In this document: positions 1-7,941 of the stretch, piece after piece | Position numbering within the stretch: the stretch's first letter is position 1 | How the letters are laid out: every line of letters starts with the position of its first letter | NCBI GenBank assembly: GCA_964549075.1 | Contig: CAZJUB010000001.1 | Span: forward strand, 1-28,815 | Length of the DNA stretch: 28,815 nt | From: an uncultured archaeon | GTDB taxonomy: Archaea; Asgardarchaeota; Heimdallarchaeia; Heimdallarchaeales; Heimdallarchaeaceae | Reading direction: 5' to 3' | The notes under the pieces: generated by a model | What the model saw: only the letters and a program-made list of their open reading frames with translations | The model's database searches: none | What the model was told of the DNA's origin: nothing | Position numbers and translations under genes: made by a program

Positions 1-853
1 CTAGATATGTAGAATCTGCAGCTTTTAATTTGTCAAATTGTCTAAATTGTATTTCAACAGCTTTTGAAAATCCAGCTAACAATGCTGGATTTTCCACATC
101 TGGAGAAAGTATTTCTACACTTAATTGTCCTTCATAGAGAGATTTGAGTTTAACTCCTTCTTTAATATACAAAGCTGCTATTCCTTTTGGACCTAAGATC
201 TTGTTACTATTGAAAGTTGCTAAATCTACACCTAATTCATTAAAATCTAAAGGAATACGTCCAAATGCAGCAGTAGCATCTGTATGAAAGAATATATCTT
301 CATTTTTGTCTTTGACAATTTCTAAAGCTTCTTTGATTGGTTGTATAGTGCCTATTTCATGATTAGCTGTTTGAAAACTAACTAGAAGAGTATCATCATC
401 CAGTTTTTCCTGTAACACATCTAAATTGATTGTTCCATCATTAGAGACTGGAACTATATCAACATTGTATTGTCGATCAAACAGTGATTTAGCAGAATGG
501 ATGACACTTAGATGCTCAACCTCTGAAACAATTATCTTTTTTTTCTTCTTATACATAGGAAGAAGACCTTTAATTGCTAAATTGTTAGATTCAGTAAAAC
601 TATGAGTAAGAGCTATTGGTTGTGGATCAACATTCAAAGGTTTAGCGATAGTGGTTTTTGCTTTAACATAAAAATCATATGTTTCCCAACCTACCTTATG
701 AGTGATAGCAGGATTTCCAAATGTCTTCTCAAGATAAATAGGTATCATTGCATCCAATACTTCTTTATCTATTACTGATCCATTTTCCCAATCTAAATAT
801 ACATCCTTAGGCGGAGTTCCATGCTGTTGTAGCAAATCTTCTACATTTGACAT
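1..853 (-). CDS. Cysteine desulfurase-like class V PLP aminotransferase (IscS/NifS family), truncated at window edge
   Basis: Not in the ORF track because it runs off the window. Manual translation from ATG at 853: MSNVEDLLQQHGTPPKDVYLDWENGS...FGNP...FTESNNLAIKG...IIVSEVEHLSV...ANHEIGTIQPI...FHTDATAAFGRIPLD...DLATFNSNKILGPKGIAALY, which are IscS-like motifs. The catalytic Cys region lies outside the window. Confidence 0.88.
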   Translation of the reverse strand, partial: MSNVEDLLQQHGTPPKDVYLDWENGSVIDKEVLDAMIPIYLEKTFGNPAITHKVGWETYDFYVKAKTTIAKPLNVDPQPIALTHSFTESNNLAIKGLLPMYKKKKKIIVSEVEHLSVIHSAKSLFDRQYNVDIVPVSNDGTINLDVLQEKLDDDTLLVSFQTANHEIGTIQPIKEALEIVKDKNEDIFFHTDATAAFGRIPLDFNELGVDLATFNSNKILGPKGIAALYIKEGVKLKSLYEGQLSVEILSPDVENPALLAGFSKAVEIQFRQFDKLKAADSTYL

Positions 854-858
854 TTTTT

Positions 859-1143
859 TTAACCTAGTAATTCTGTTAGAAATTCTTCAACATCTTCAAC
901 TTCAGATAGCAGCAATCTTCCAGTTGCATAATATGATATCTTAAGTTTGACATATTGATACTTTTCTACCATGTTGCCAATTTTTTGTATCAGTTTACAT
1001 TTATTTTGGATTTTTTTATGTACATCTTCTATAGTACCCCATTTGAGCAAGATAACATAGCTGTTATCTTTTTTACAACTCTCAACTATCGAATCCACAT
1101 AGTCTTGGTACAACCAATTAACACCTAATACAAAATAAGTCAT
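859..1143 (-). CDS. Small hypothetical protein, probably co-transcribed with the IscS-like gene
   Basis: 94-aa ORF ending 5 nt before the IscS-like start. The C-terminus ISYYATGRLLLSEVEDVEEF loosely resembles the 'xFxxGR(hydrophobic)3...D.EEA' pattern of ThiF/MoeB C-terminal-type small domains (by-eye inference). Confidence 0.6.
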   Translation of the reverse strand: MTYFVLGVNWLYQDYVDSIVESCKKDNSYVILLKWGTIEDVHKKIQNKCKLIQKIGNMVEKYQYVKLKISYYATGRLLLSEVEDVEEFLTELLG

Positions 1144-1169
1144 GGAATGGGGTTTATTTAATCTTTGTT

Positions 1170-1667
1170 TTAATCAAAATTTTTTGTATTTACTTCTACT
1201 ATTTTCTGACATGCCACACAAAGGGAAGAAGGTTTGTGTTTTGCTTCTTTCAGATTATTAGAATATTGCATTACACATGCACTCTGACAATGTTCTAAAC
1301 CCAAGATATGCCCACATTCATGAATACTTTCTTTTATTTTCATCTCAGTTGATTCTAAACGATAAAAAGACACTAATGCTCCATAATATTGTGTTGCTAA
1401 TCCAAAAACAAAATTCATTACAGGTACATATAAATCATCTTTTATTATCCAGAAGAAAAATCTGTAATTTTCTTTATCTATTAAATGATTCAAAAGATCT
1501 TGACCATTATATTGTTTTCTTGACCAGTTATAAGCTCTAAGATTTGGTCTTAAGCTTCTAACCGCTTTTATTTCAAGCTTATATATTTTTACCATTTGTT
1601 TAATAATTTCCTCAATTTCATTTCTATCCAGATTTGGATCAAATAAAACAGTCAGTGGTGGAAACAT
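1170..1667 (-). CDS. amzA: Archaemetzincin (peptidase M54) zinc metalloprotease
   Basis: HECGHILGLEHC-x3-CVM motif, distal CxxC (CVAC), NFVFGLA and RxQY motifs typical of archaemetzincins. Confidence 0.92.
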   Translation of the reverse strand: MFPPLTVLFDPNLDRNEIEEIIKQMVKIYKLEIKAVRSLRPNLRAYNWSRKQYNGQDLLNHLIDKENYRFFFWIIKDDLYVPVMNFVFGLATQYYGALVSFYRLESTEMKIKESIHECGHILGLEHCQSACVMQYSNNLKEAKHKPSSLCVACQKIVEVNTKNFD

Positions 1668-1715
1668 ATCATGTCCTCTAAATTTAAAACTTAACTTACA
1701 TGAATTAAATGTTAT

Positions 1716-2999
1716 CTATCCAAACACTTTCTTTATTATATCAGATTCTATTTTGTTTTTCTTCGCTATTGCTGCATACATTCTAGCTGAATCTCTAATT
1801 TGTCTTTCTTTTGTCTTGTAGTCAATTCCGATGAGACCAAATCGCGGTTCAAATCCTTCAGCCCATTCCCAATTATCTATTGTCGACCAATAGAAAAAAC
1901 CTTTAACATCTGCGCCATTCTCAATGGCTTTATGAACTTCAAATAGATGTCTTAAAATAAATCTCTGTCTTAAACTATCATCTAAAGTACCAATACCATT
2001 TTCACTAATATAGATAGGACCATTATAACTATTTTTTATTCTCATTATATTTTGGTATAAACCTTCAGGATAGATACCATATCCAAGTTGAGTAATCTCA
2101 GTCTCATCTTCTTCTTTGAAAACCATTTCTACAGGTATTCCAAGCTTAAATTTAAAATAAACAGCGGAATAATAGTTAATTCCAAAAAAATCTATAGTAT
2201 CTTTCATCCAACTTTTGTAAGTAAAAGGTATGAAAGGAACTTTTCCTCTTGTTGCTGCATCTATCGCAACTTGATTATATGTATAGTCTATAAAAGAAGA
2301 AATAATCCTATGCCAAAGTGAACCATGGTCTTTTTGATAGAAATAAGCTAAATTCTTAACAATCCCCACCTGGCTTTTGGGATTATATTTCTTTAATGAT
2401 TTATAAGCTATAGAATGAGCTTTCATCATTATTCGATATACTTTTGTATAAGCAAGAATCGATTTTTTAGCTGGAGGGAATTCACCATATAAATACCCCA
2501 TAAGAGGGACAACACCTGGTTCATTAATTGGGTTCCAAAATTTTATTTCAGGAAAATTTTTCGCAATAATGTCACAATACTGCTGAAAATATTCAAGATT
2601 CTTGTTTTTTAAAAAACCGCCTTTTCTTTCAAACCAAATGGGGATAGTAAAATGATAGAGAGTTACAAATCCTTCTAGATTATTTTTCTTTAAAGATTCA
2701 AACACTTTGTGATAATGTTCAATTTCTTCATCATCTACCTCATTTTCTTCAGGAATTATTCTGCTCCACTCAATTCCAGTTCGATGGGAGTTATGATTAA
2801 GATTACTAAACAATTTGTGGTCATTTTCAAACAATTCGTAATGATTTGCTGATTCTCCACACTTTTCATTATTCTTTATATTTCCTGGAATTTGTTCAAA
2901 TTCATACCAATCATTGTTATAATTGTTACCTTCAGTTTGATAGGCTGATTGTGCTCCACCCCAAAGAAATCCCTCAGGAAACAGATATTCTTTAGTCAT
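1716..2999 (-). CDS. Glycoside hydrolase family 1 beta-glucosidase/beta-galactosidase
   Basis: FPEGFLWG..SAYQTEG N-terminal signature, INEP acid/base, ISENG nucleophile, DNWEWAEGF..RFGL. Confidence 0.95.
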   Translation of the reverse strand: MTKEYLFPEGFLWGGAQSAYQTEGNNYNNDWYEFEQIPGNIKNNEKCGESANHYELFENDHKLFSNLNHNSHRTGIEWSRIIPEENEVDDEEIEHYHKVFESLKKNNLEGFVTLYHFTIPIWFERKGGFLKNKNLEYFQQYCDIIAKNFPEIKFWNPINEPGVVPLMGYLYGEFPPAKKSILAYTKVYRIMMKAHSIAYKSLKKYNPKSQVGIVKNLAYFYQKDHGSLWHRIISSFIDYTYNQVAIDAATRGKVPFIPFTYKSWMKDTIDFFGINYYSAVYFKFKLGIPVEMVFKEEDETEITQLGYGIYPEGLYQNIMRIKNSYNGPIYISENGIGTLDDSLRQRFILRHLFEVHKAIENGADVKGFFYWSTIDNWEWAEGFEPRFGLIGIDYKTKERQIRDSARMYAAIAKKNKIESDIIKKVFG

Positions 3000-3075
3000 T
3001 GAGATTATTTTATTTATCTTCTTTTAAACCTTTAGAGAACAAAAATTTTTAAACTGAAAATTTGCTCCTCTCTCA

Positions 3076-4239
3076 ATGAATAATAAATCTTGGAATATTC
3101 TAATGGTTGTATTAAGTTCAGTCAACCCAGATGTTAGAGTGGAAAAGGAAGCTAGATATTTAGCAAGTAAAGGACACAAAGTTACAGTGATAGGAACCAA
3201 TGCTAGAGGAAATTTAGCTGAAGAAGAATCAAGAGATGGTTATACTATTATCAGAGTTCCAAGTAAGAAAAAGTTATTTTTTAAATATTTTGAGTTTTGG
3301 AAAAATGTTCGAGAAGTTGTTAAAGAGCAAAAATTCGATATAATTCATCTGCATGACTTAAATGTTCTACCTCTTTATTCTAAACTAAAAAAGAACACAA
3401 AAATAACGATTTATGATAGCCATGAAAATTTCCCAGAACAAATGTCTGAAACATATGGATTTCTTGGATTATGGGGATATTCAATGGTAGAGAGATTTTA
3501 TGTTAAACGAGTGCAAGGTATTGTTACTGCTGGCATCACATACTCTGAAAATTTGGAGCGTAAATATAATGTAAGAAGTAGATGGATAGCAAATTATCCT
3601 TCTAAAATAGATGTTGAAAAAGCTCATGAAAAGATAATCCCAAAGCAATTTCAAGATAAAACAAGATTCCGTGTGGTTCATTTTGGAGTTATGTATCATA
3701 ATCTTGGATATGATAAAACAGTTGAAGCAGTGAAAATACTAAGTAAACAATTGAAATCTAACAAAATAGAATTTTTAGTCATGGGATCTGGTTCTTCTTT
3801 AGAACCAATGAAACAGCTAATTATCCAGTTTAATTTAGAAGAATACTTTACTTTAACTGGATGGATGAACTATCATGAAGCTCTTTCAATCATGCGCTCC
3901 TGTGATATTGGTTTAATTCTATTTCAACCAGGAAAAAATAACTATCTTAGAATACCTAACAGACTTTATGAATATGCTTCAGCTGGAATTCCTTTCATAG
4001 GTTCCAATTTTGAAGGTCTAAAGCGTTCAATTCAATCAAGGGAGGAAATGGGTATTCTGATTGATCCAACTTCTCCAGAAGAGTTAGTTAATGCAATTCT
4101 TGAAGTTTATAATAACAAGGAGAAACTAGATAAAATGAAACAGATAGCTGCAGAAGCGTATAAAGAACAATTTAACTGGGAAAGCGAAATACCAAAAATC
4201 ATTCAGAGTTACCAAGAAGCTTTTAATCAGAAAAAATGA
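3076..4239 (+). CDS. Glycosyltransferase family 4 (GT-B)
   Basis: DVRVEKEA..L...GH.V.V, DIIHLHD, YDSHE, PNRLYEYASAGIPFI, FNWE motifs. Confidence 0.93.
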   Translation: MNNKSWNILMVVLSSVNPDVRVEKEARYLASKGHKVTVIGTNARGNLAEEESRDGYTIIRVPSKKKLFFKYFEFWKNVREVVKEQKFDIIHLHDLNVLPLYSKLKKNTKITIYDSHENFPEQMSETYGFLGLWGYSMVERFYVKRVQGIVTAGITYSENLERKYNVRSRWIANYPSKIDVEKAHEKIIPKQFQDKTRFRVVHFGVMYHNLGYDKTVEAVKILSKQLKSNKIEFLVMGSGSSLEPMKQLIIQFNLEEYFTLTGWMNYHEALSIMRSCDIGLILFQPGKNNYLRIPNRLYEYASAGIPFIGSNFEGLKRSIQSREEMGILIDPTSPEELVNAILEVYNNKEKLDKMKQIAAEAYKEQFNWESEIPKIIQSYQEAFNQKK

Positions 4240-4241
4240 GA

Positions 4242-5093
4242 TTAAAATCTACGTATAATGTTGAAAATTTGTTCTTCAACCATTGCAGCTTGATCTGATA
4301 CTTCTGAGATATCACTAACTCCTTCAAAGAACTTTGTAAGGATATTCTTTATTTTATCAATACCATATACTAAGTCAGAATATTCTGCAGGATAACCTAA
4401 AGCAACAATACAGTAATCAATTCCTCTAAATCTTGGATCTTTTTGATTCTTATCTTTTACAACATATAGAAAACTCGTTGCGTTATATTGTTTCATTTTT
4501 GGAATTTTTACTGGACCTGAGATAGTTCCTGTTTCAAGCATTTCGAGTTCTCCCATTCCAAAAATAGTGAAAAGTAAAACCCCTAGAGCTAATGTTACTG
4601 TCTCTCTGACATTTTCATATTCACTTGGGATTTTCTCAATATAAATTGGTTCAGTTCCTGATTCTCCAAATCTGTAAAAAGAAACAAAGATTTTATCTAA
4701 ATCATATTTTGATTCTACCTTAGTTACTTTATCAATAGCATTTGGAATCTGGTTGAAGAAACGTCCTCTTTTTACAATATAATCAGAAGCACCCATTTTC
4801 ATCGCATTTACAGCAACTTCTTCAGAACCTTGACCTGTAATAATAAGAACAGGTATTTCTGCTACTTGACGTATTTCTTCGAGTATTTCTAGTCCTGTGG
4901 AATTGACTAAAAGGTAGTCCAGAAGGATTACATCTATGTCATAATTAAGGCCAGAAAGCAGTTTTAGAGTATCTTCTTTCGTTTTAGTGATAAATACTTC
5001 TGCATCAGGATAAGCTTTTAACACATTTATCTTAATTAAGAAGGCTATATCAGCATCGTCTTCGCATAAAAGTATTTTTAATTTATTCTGCAT
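4242..5093 (-). CDS. Response regulator: N-terminal receiver domain plus uncharacterised C-terminal domain (possibly longin/uDENN-like)
   Basis: ILLCEDD acidic pocket, phosphoacceptor in VILLDY, IITGQG, GASDYIVK. The ~150-aa C-terminus is not a recognisable HTH, GGDEF or kinase domain. Confidence 0.88.
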   Translation of the reverse strand: MQNKLKILLCEDDADIAFLIKINVLKAYPDAEVFITKTKEDTLKLLSGLNYDIDVILLDYLLVNSTGLEILEEIRQVAEIPVLIITGQGSEEVAVNAMKMGASDYIVKRGRFFNQIPNAIDKVTKVESKYDLDKIFVSFYRFGESGTEPIYIEKIPSEYENVRETVTLALGVLLFTIFGMGELEMLETGTISGPVKIPKMKQYNATSFLYVVKDKNQKDPRFRGIDYCIVALGYPAEYSDLVYGIDKIKNILTKFFEGVSDISEVSDQAAMVEEQIFNIIRRF

Positions 5094-5153
5094 TGTAGAT
5101 ACTCCAAATTAATATTTGTGATTTCGCTATTTTATCTTTATTATTCTGTCAAC

Positions 5154-6158
5154 CTATTCCAGTAGTCCATCTTCTTTTAGAGATTCTAAAATTTCAGAAA
5201 TCTCATCTTCAAGTTTATCAATTGTATCATCTTTACCTTTTTTAGATTTTTGTGTTTTTCGTCTCTCTTCGATTAAATCTTGAAGGCTGCTTCCATCAGG
5301 AAGATCGACTAGTGTACCACCTACTTTAGATATTTCATCTCTTATCGTTTCAAGTTGGGCTTTTGATTCATCAAAAACATCTTTATCTGGAAGCATTGAA
5401 GCTAATTCTGGTACAGAATCAGTCTTCCCAGCTGGTTGAAGAGAACCTAAATCTTCCAAACCCAATTCTTGGAGTAACCTTTTCTCATCAAGCTCTAATG
5501 CTGAATCTGAAGCTGTAGTAAACTGATCAATCTTGGTTTGAGATTTAGTCATGGGAGTGGAATCAAATTGTATAGTTGCAGTTTCTTTCTGTTTGCAATG
5601 ATGATCTTCTGTAATTGGATGATGAATACCACAATAGGGACAAATTGTCTCATGAAGAGTCTGTATATGAACACCTAATGCTCTTTGATCATGTGTCACA
5701 AAACCACAGTGATTGCATTTCAATAGAGGAATAAAACTCTCAGAAGCTACAAAATCATCGAAGTTAGCATATAGATACCATAAAAGAGAGATTCTAACTG
5801 CTTTGGAAGTACTCCAACCAGTTTTCTTTTTAATGTTCTCTAGACTTTCAGAACTTACTTGATCCTTTAAACGAAAAGAGAGTTTGGTGTCTTTTTTTGA
5901 TTTTGATTCTTCCTCATATCTTTTCATAAGCAGGATTTCAAGTTTTATATAATCATTTAACTCCTCTATGATATTCATTCTATTCTTCATTTTCTTGATA
6001 CGGATAGCTAAATCATCCAATGAAAGTGTAACTATTTGACTAGCTCCCCCAAAACTCTTTGATTGCTCTAAAACAGCATTTTTAAAGTTTTCAGGGATAT
6101 TAATTGTGTATACATTTGATGCTCTTATTTCACCTGTTTGTGGAGGAATCTGCCTCAC
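5154..6158 (-). CDS. Putative DNA-binding protein: two ribbon-helix-helix-like motifs, C2H2 zinc finger, second Cys/His knuckle, acidic low-complexity tail
   Basis: VYTINIPENFKNAVLEQ...SQIV and LSFRLKD...LENIKKKTGWSTSKAVRISL are RHH-like; CNHC-x12-H-x4-H; CPYC..HH..HHC; D/E-rich C-terminal half. GTG start. Confidence 0.65.
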   Translation of the reverse strand: MRQIPPQTGEIRASNVYTINIPENFKNAVLEQSKSFGGASQIVTLSLDDLAIRIKKMKNRMNIIEELNDYIKLEILLMKRYEEESKSKKDTKLSFRLKDQVSSESLENIKKKTGWSTSKAVRISLLWYLYANFDDFVASESFIPLLKCNHCGFVTHDQRALGVHIQTLHETICPYCGIHHPITEDHHCKQKETATIQFDSTPMTKSQTKIDQFTTASDSALELDEKRLLQELGLEDLGSLQPAGKTDSVPELASMLPDKDVFDESKAQLETIRDEISKVGGTLVDLPDGSSLQDLIEERRKTQKSKKGKDDTIDKLEDEISEILESLKEDGLLE

Positions 6159-6284
6159 CTACATCGTATTATTTGTGTATTATCAATTTCTGTATAAAAA
6201 TTTTTTCTATTGAAAGAAATTTAGTAACTCACCATAATATATGAACAATCAAAACCAATATTAAACCATATCTAGATGTTTTTT

Positions 6285-6356
6285 TGAGAGTTTATGATGA
6301 TCATGCACTACTTTGAACAACAGTAAGGCAAGAAAAACGGGGATCTGAGACTCTCA
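6285..6356 (+). ncRNA. Box C/D 2'-O-methylation guide sRNA
   Basis: Box C ATGATGA (6294-6300), D' TTGA (6313-6316), box D CTGA (6345-6348), perfect 7-bp terminal stem TGAGAGT (6285-6291)/ACTCTCA (6350-6356), archaeal-type size, intergenic. The D' guide TCATGCACTACT is complementary to the SSU rRNA helix 34 GUGCAUG region. The C' box is degenerate. Confidence 0.8.
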
Positions 6357-6361
6357 CTAAA

Positions 6362-6808
6362 TTATTTTTGAATTAAATTAATCTCAAGTGGAATACCGTT
6401 TTTTACACTCTGAGAAACTATGCAATAATCCTCGTACATTTCTTTACATTTTTTATAGTCAGAACCTTCCTTTTCCTCTACCGTTGGCTCTAAATCCACA
6501 TGTATTTTAGATATTCTCCAGAATCCATTTTCATTTCTTTTACGAGTAAGCTTTACAGTGGTTTTTAGTTCTTGAATCTCAACTCTTTTTTTAGTCGCAC
6601 AGAAAGTCAAAGAAGCTGATAAACAATTGCCTACAGCAGCAGCGAGTAACATTGATGCTGTTGGACCTCTCCCTTCTCCTCCTGGGATAGAAGGAGGTTC
6701 ATCAGTCAATAGTTTTGGGATTTGATCTGACTCAAAATCTACTTCAAACTTGTAATTGTCTTTTCTTCTCATTTCAATAACATATTCAAATTCATGACTT
6801 TCTGACAT
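6362..6808 (-). CDS. OsmC/Ohr-like family protein
   Basis: TDEP...GGEGRGPT...LLAAAVGNC and YEDYCIVSQSV: the two conserved Cys of the OsmC family. Confidence 0.9.
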   Translation of the reverse strand: MSESHEFEYVIEMRRKDNYKFEVDFESDQIPKLLTDEPPSIPGGEGRGPTASMLLAAAVGNCLSASLTFCATKKRVEIQELKTTVKLTRKRNENGFWRISKIHVDLEPTVEEKEGSDYKKCKEMYEDYCIVSQSVKNGIPLEINLIQK

Positions 6809-6833
6809 TTAATCACCACACTTCAAATAACTC

Positions 6834-7760
6834 TTAATCTCCAGATATCAAGATATCATCTAAAACATCTTCTAAATCTGGTCTATCAGGTGGTTTTTCT
6901 GGTTTCTCATACTCACCTTCAGTGATGGCATCAGATAGATCCAGATCAGCTTTCCCTCGTCTTCTGGTTGGTGTAGATACAACCATTGTTCCACTTAAAT
7001 TCTCTATTTTATCGTTTATCTCCATTACCAAATTAACTAACTTTGATATTTGATCATTACTGAAACCTTCAACATCAAGTAAATCTGTTCGTGCTTGATT
7101 TTCAAAACTTGGAACTGCTTCTTGAGCAGCTGCTGCTATTGCTTTAGATTCAGAACTAATTCCGTTTTCTACTATTGCTTCACTTTTCTCTTGATATGAC
7201 ATAGCTTTAGCAGCTTTTGCAGCAATTGCTTCAGTTGGGAAGAGTTCAGTCAGTTCTGCAAGAACTTGTTGCTGATTAGTTTCATTTAATAAAAATATTT
7301 TGTCTTTAAGATCATCCCTCTCATTTATCAAATCTTCAAACTCATTTTCTAATGCAGAATATTTGTCTTTAACTAGCTTGTTTTCTTGATTTAAAAGCTT
7401 AATTAGTTTGATTAATTTTGGAAGTCCTCTAGCTAGTTCAGTAGCGTTGTTCTGCATTTCTTTATATCTAGCTACAGAAACAAGTTTAACACCTTTTTTG
7501 TTTTGTTCTTTGAATTCTTCTTCAAGTCCTTCTACTCTCTTTTTCAAATCTCTATTTTGGACTAGTAATCTTTCAACTAACAATTTTACTTTTCTAAGAG
7601 CTTCAAGAAGGATTCTATTTCTTTCTTGTAACTCTTTCACATCTGATTCTGTGAAATTATTTTCACTTAAAATTTCTTCAAAATCTTGCTCTTCTTCATC
7701 ATAGGATTGCTGAATTTTTTTAAGAAGTTTTTCCTCCGGATTGAGTCCTGTGTAATTCAT
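6834..7760 (-). CDS. Long coiled-coil protein of unknown function with an internal repeat and acidic C-terminal tail
   Basis: Heptad-rich E/K/L composition over ~aa 40-170, Ala-rich linker, short second helical segment, tail EKPEKPPDRPDLEDVLDDILISGD. Confidence 0.75.
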   Translation of the reverse strand: MNYTGLNPEEKLLKKIQQSYDEEEQDFEEILSENNFTESDVKELQERNRILLEALRKVKLLVERLLVQNRDLKKRVEGLEEEFKEQNKKGVKLVSVARYKEMQNNATELARGLPKLIKLIKLLNQENKLVKDKYSALENEFEDLINERDDLKDKIFLLNETNQQQVLAELTELFPTEAIAAKAAKAMSYQEKSEAIVENGISSESKAIAAAAQEAVPSFENQARTDLLDVEGFSNDQISKLVNLVMEINDKIENLSGTMVVSTPTRRRGKADLDLSDAITEGEYEKPEKPPDRPDLEDVLDDILISGD

Positions 7761-7906
7761 ATGACAACCAATATGATGCTATTTGTAATTTGTTACTCCC
7801 CTTAAAAAAAATTTGCTTATAGTGAATTCTAACTTCAAGACACCTGATTTCTTCGATTATTCGATAAAATAACTTGCTCTTGATTTATGTCGATATTCTT
7901 CTGTTT

Positions 7907-7940
7907 GAAAAATTAAAAAGAAGGAAAAGAAGAAAAAAAC
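7907..7940 (-). terminator. T-rich archaeal intrinsic terminator downstream of the MFS gene
   Basis: The minus strand is a ~33-nt pyrimidine tract of several T runs immediately after the stop codon at 7942. Confidence 0.55.
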
Positions 7941-7941
7941 T

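Noticed and set aside
531-550. Possible frameshift at the homopolymer run in the IscS-like gene
   Set aside because: The frame stays open (MYKKKKKIIVSEVEH) and motifs continue in register.
5154-5230. ESCRT-III MIM1-like motif at the end of the RHH-ZnF protein (DEISEILESLK)
   Set aside because: It lacks the conserved Arg, there is no Snf7 core or Vps4 gene nearby, and a generic amphipathic helix explains it.
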